Shown: positions 6,972 to 9,423 of the stretch, in pieces
Numbering within the stretch: the stretch's first letter is position 1
Layout: each line of letters starts with the position of its first letter
DNA from: Candidatus Wukongarchaeum yapensis
Lineage (GTDB): Archaea; Asgardarchaeota; Wukongarchaeia; Wukongarchaeales; Wukongarchaeaceae
Assembly: GCA_016840425.1 (NCBI GenBank)
Contig: JAEOSI010000075.1
Span: 1 to 9,423, forward strand
DNA length: 9,423 bases
Direction: 5' to 3'
The notes under the pieces: generated by a model
The model's input: only the letters and a program-made list of their open reading frames with translations
Told to the model about the DNA's origin: nothing
The model's database searches: none
Translations under genes and position numbers: made by a program

Positions 6972-8141
6972 TTGTTTTTTAAACGAGGAAAACGCGGACA
7001 AGCCAGAGCCATAGATTTTGTCGTATCAATAAGCCTCTTCCTTCTCGTAACAAGCCAACTCTTCCTCATAATAATCACCTCGACAAGTCCCTTTACAACA
7101 ACATCAGAAAAACAAACCCTAGAAGAAAAAGCAGAACTCCTCGCAAACAACCTAATAACAAGCCCTGGAACACCCCAGGACTGGGGATTCAACCTCTCCT
7201 CTCAAACTCCTTTCACAATTTTCGGCTTAGGTAAAGCCTCAAACACCCCAGAAATACAAGTTCTTGACGCTTCAAAAATCGCTAGACTAGACCCAAGGCT
7301 TGCAACAAACCCGCTAGCGACTGCCCTAAATATCTACCATATTGATTATAGCCAAGCTCACTCCTCCCTCGGCTTGGACATATCTTTCAAACTACAAATA
7401 CTCCCCCTAATCAATCTCAATATCGCATCATCAACCAACACATCTTTCATAGCAAAGGTTACTGATTACAATAACAACCCCCTCGAAAACATCACCCTTG
7501 AAAACTACATAGTACACCCAAATGGCTCAGTAACAAGTAACTGGCAAAGTAATACAAACTCGAGCGGTATAAATGAAACTCTCATAAACTTGCCCGATGA
7601 TGGAGCCTACGTTTACGCCTCTATAGCCCAGTATGCAGGCTTTGCAGACCTTGCTACAAAGATCATACTCCACAACACCGAAGACCAAGCAATAACCCAA
7701 GAAATCCTCCCCTCCTTCGCCACAGAAGCCAATAAAACAAACGAATGTTACGTCGCACTTGCAGTACCTTCGGAAGCTTCTTCCATCACAGCAAACACCA
7801 CAATCCTCCCCCTAAAACCCGGTGACACTTCCTCACCCCCTATAACTCTAAATCAAAAAGCAGGCTCACCAGAGATCTATGAAGCAAAAACCCAATATCT
7901 CTCAGTAGACACTCCTTCAATGATTATCAGTCGAGCTTCTTACCAAAAAGATGGCTCTTATGAGTACCGTTTATCAATAACCACCATGCCCCTTACCCTA
8001 AGACAAAACAGCCCTGAAAACGCGCCTTATGCGCCCCCATATAACGATGTTGTTGAGCCTGAAACACAGACTGTAACAATAGAAAGAACAGTCATCATTA
8101 GAAACACCATATATAAGCTGGTTCTAACCTGCTGGCAATAA
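6972..8141 (+). CDS. Minor pilin-like protein, RG|Q class III signal, with internal beta-sandwich insertion (resembles DUF7287-type minor pilins)
   Basis: KRGKRG|QARAIDFVVSISLFLLVTSQLFLIII, then LEEKAELLANNLITSPGTPQDW, and C-terminal strands ERTVII ... KLVLTCWQ. Contains 8 N-x-S/T sequons. Confidence 0.82.
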   Translation: MFFKRGKRGQARAIDFVVSISLFLLVTSQLFLIIITSTSPFTTTSEKQTLEEKAELLANNLITSPGTPQDWGFNLSSQTPFTIFGLGKASNTPEIQVLDASKIARLDPRLATNPLATALNIYHIDYSQAHSSLGLDISFKLQILPLINLNIASSTNTSFIAKVTDYNNNPLENITLENYIVHPNGSVTSNWQSNTNSSGINETLINLPDDGAYVYASIAQYAGFADLATKIILHNTEDQAITQEILPSFATEANKTNECYVALAVPSEASSITANTTILPLKPGDTSSPPITLNQKAGSPEIYEAKTQYLSVDTPSMIISRASYQKDGSYEYRLSITTMPLTLRQNSPENAPYAPPYNDVVEPETQTVTIERTVIIRNTIYKLVLTCWQ

Positions 8142-8224
8142 AAAAGAATCATATCCATTAAAAAAACCAGAAACCTGAGGAAAAACCTGAAAAATACGTT
8201 TTAAGCGAGTAAGGTGTAACAAGA

Positions 8225-8701
8225 TTGTTAATAAAACCGTTAAAAGTTTTTGGAAAACATGGTCAAAGTAAAGGCAAACGCGGCCAACTTCATATCATAG
8301 AAACCCTTGTAGCAATAGCCATAATACTCGCTTTAACTGTCACCCTATACCAGATTGAACTCCAACCCTCGGAAGAAAACCCCGTAGAAGAACTCCAAGA
8401 GAAAGGATTGGAATCATTAAGCGCTGCAGATAACGTAGGAATTCTAAGACCAGCAGTATACACCACCACCGATGAAAACCTAGAAACCCTAAAAGTTTTC
8501 CTAGACCAATCCCTACCCCCCACAGTACTTTACACGTTAAGCGTACAACCAATAAATGATACGGGAGAGCCCACACTCTTGATACAAAAAGGAGAACCCC
8601 CAACCAGATCTGACGTGGCTGTAGCAACCTACCTCCTTTACGGTTATAATAACGTGTATAACCCCCAAATAGTGAGCTTAACTTTATGGTACCTCTCATA
8701 A
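8225..8701 (+). CDS. Minor pilin-like protein, RG|Q class III signal (resembles DUF7288-type minor pilins)
   Basis: KGKRG|QLHIIETLVAIAIILALTVTLY, helix EELQEKGLESLSAADNVGILR and terminal strand IVSLTLWY. AGGTG lies at 8212-8216 before the TTG start. Confidence 0.82.
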   Translation: MLIKPLKVFGKHGQSKGKRGQLHIIETLVAIAIILALTVTLYQIELQPSEENPVEELQEKGLESLSAADNVGILRPAVYTTTDENLETLKVFLDQSLPPTVLYTLSVQPINDTGEPTLLIQKGEPPTRSDVAVATYLLYGYNNVYNPQIVSLTLWYLS

Positions 8702-8744
8702 TCGCCAAACAGGAAGAATTCAAGCCAAAAGAGGTAAAAGCTTC

Positions 8745-9423
8745 ATGAGAAATCCTGGGAATAAAAAAGGTTCAAAAAAGAAGCGCAAGAAAAGAAGGGC
8801 ACAAGTCTTCATAATGAGCACACTAGTAATCGCCATATACCTCCTTTTAATCGCCGAAGTCTACCTCGAAACAAACCGCGTAAACATTGAAGAAATAACG
8901 CCAGAAGAATCCATAATATACGTTCATTCCAACGCGAAAAAAGAATGTTTCAACATTTTAGAAGCATACCTTGCAAACTACACCCAAAACCTCTCATCAA
9001 AACCTGTTTTAGAACAATCCTTCCTAGAATTCTTACCCCTCATGGCTTGGTATCTAGGACAAAAAGGATACATTACCACAATAAAAAATGTAACAAGCCT
9101 TCACTTCGAGAACAGCACAACAATCCCCGGAACCAACCACACATACTCTCTAGCAAACGTCAGCATAAACATGCACATTAAAAGTCAAAATGTAGAAATA
9201 AATGACACCTTTGAAGCCTACGTAGCTGTTCACATGAATGTCACAGATTACCTAACTCCGGATTACGAAGTAGCCTTATGGAAAACCTACTCCCCCAACG
9301 GAACCATAATCCCCATAACCAACGCCATAGTAAACATGACAGTAAACGGAACACCCTCCCTAGCAACTTTAAACGGTGATGGCACATACACCCTAACTAC
9401 AACCGACACCCCCCTAGACTCTG
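8745..9423 (+). CDS. Minor pilin-like protein, RA|Q class III signal, partial at the 3' end (resembles DUF7261-type minor pilins); not in the supplied ORF track
   Basis: Translated by hand from ATG 8745 (GAGGT at 8731-8735): MRNPGNKKGSKKKRKKRRA|QVFIMSTLVIAIYLLLIAEVYLETNRV ... PITNAIVNMTVNGTPSLATLNGDGTYTLTTTDTPLDS. Open for 226 codons to the window end, with 11 N-x-S/T sequons. Confidence 0.88.
   Translation, partial: MRNPGNKKGSKKKRKKRRAQVFIMSTLVIAIYLLLIAEVYLETNRVNIEEITPEESIIYVHSNAKKECFNILEAYLANYTQNLSSKPVLEQSFLEFLPLMAWYLGQKGYITTIKNVTSLHFENSTTIPGTNHTYSLANVSINMHIKSQNVEINDTFEAYVAVHMNVTDYLTPDYEVALWKTYSPNGTIIPITNAIVNMTVNGTPSLATLNGDGTYTLTTTDTPLDS

Noticed and set aside
594-8723. Ten short minus-strand ORFs in the track (594-860, 1346-1552, 2836-3081, 3571-3918, 4988-5197, 5231-5431, 5772-5957, 6169-6387, 6968-7192, 8290-8523) plus 8340-8723
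   Set aside because: All are antisense shadows lying wholly or mostly over well-supported + strand genes, with no recognisable motifs.
8775-8798. KKKRKKRR as a nuclear-localisation-like signal
   Set aside because: It is fully explained as the basic part of a cleavable class III signal peptide.
8945-9181. 78-aa + strand ORF in the track
   Set aside because: It is an out-of-frame shadow inside the real 8745-9423 gene, which has an SD, a signal peptide and a coherent pilin-like sequence.

Overview
This is an archaeal type IV pilus (T4P) locus, with all ten genes on the + strand. In order: a large two-domain pilin (6-995) followed by a terminator-like hairpin and a T-rich gap; two minor-pilin-like genes; a PilB/FlaI/TadA-family assembly ATPase; two separate PilC/TadC-like platform proteins; an orphan cytoplasmic coiled-coil protein; and three more minor-pilin-like genes with R-[G/A]|Q class III signal peptides. 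The last of these (8745 to the window end) is missing from the supplied ORF track because it has no stop in the window. The core machinery is a known family. The unusual points are an Asp/Trp/Tyr/His-rich extra domain and a Ca-loop-like motif on the first pilin, a minor pilin that appears to lack a leader peptide, the coiled-coil gene inside the cluster, very uneven N-glycosylation sequon content among the pilins, and a reversal of GC and AT skew along co-oriented genes. No prepilin peptidase, RNA gene, CRISPR array or mobile element is visible. The archaeal lineage cannot be determined from this window. The DUF family names used below are recalled from haloarchaeal pil clusters and were not searched.
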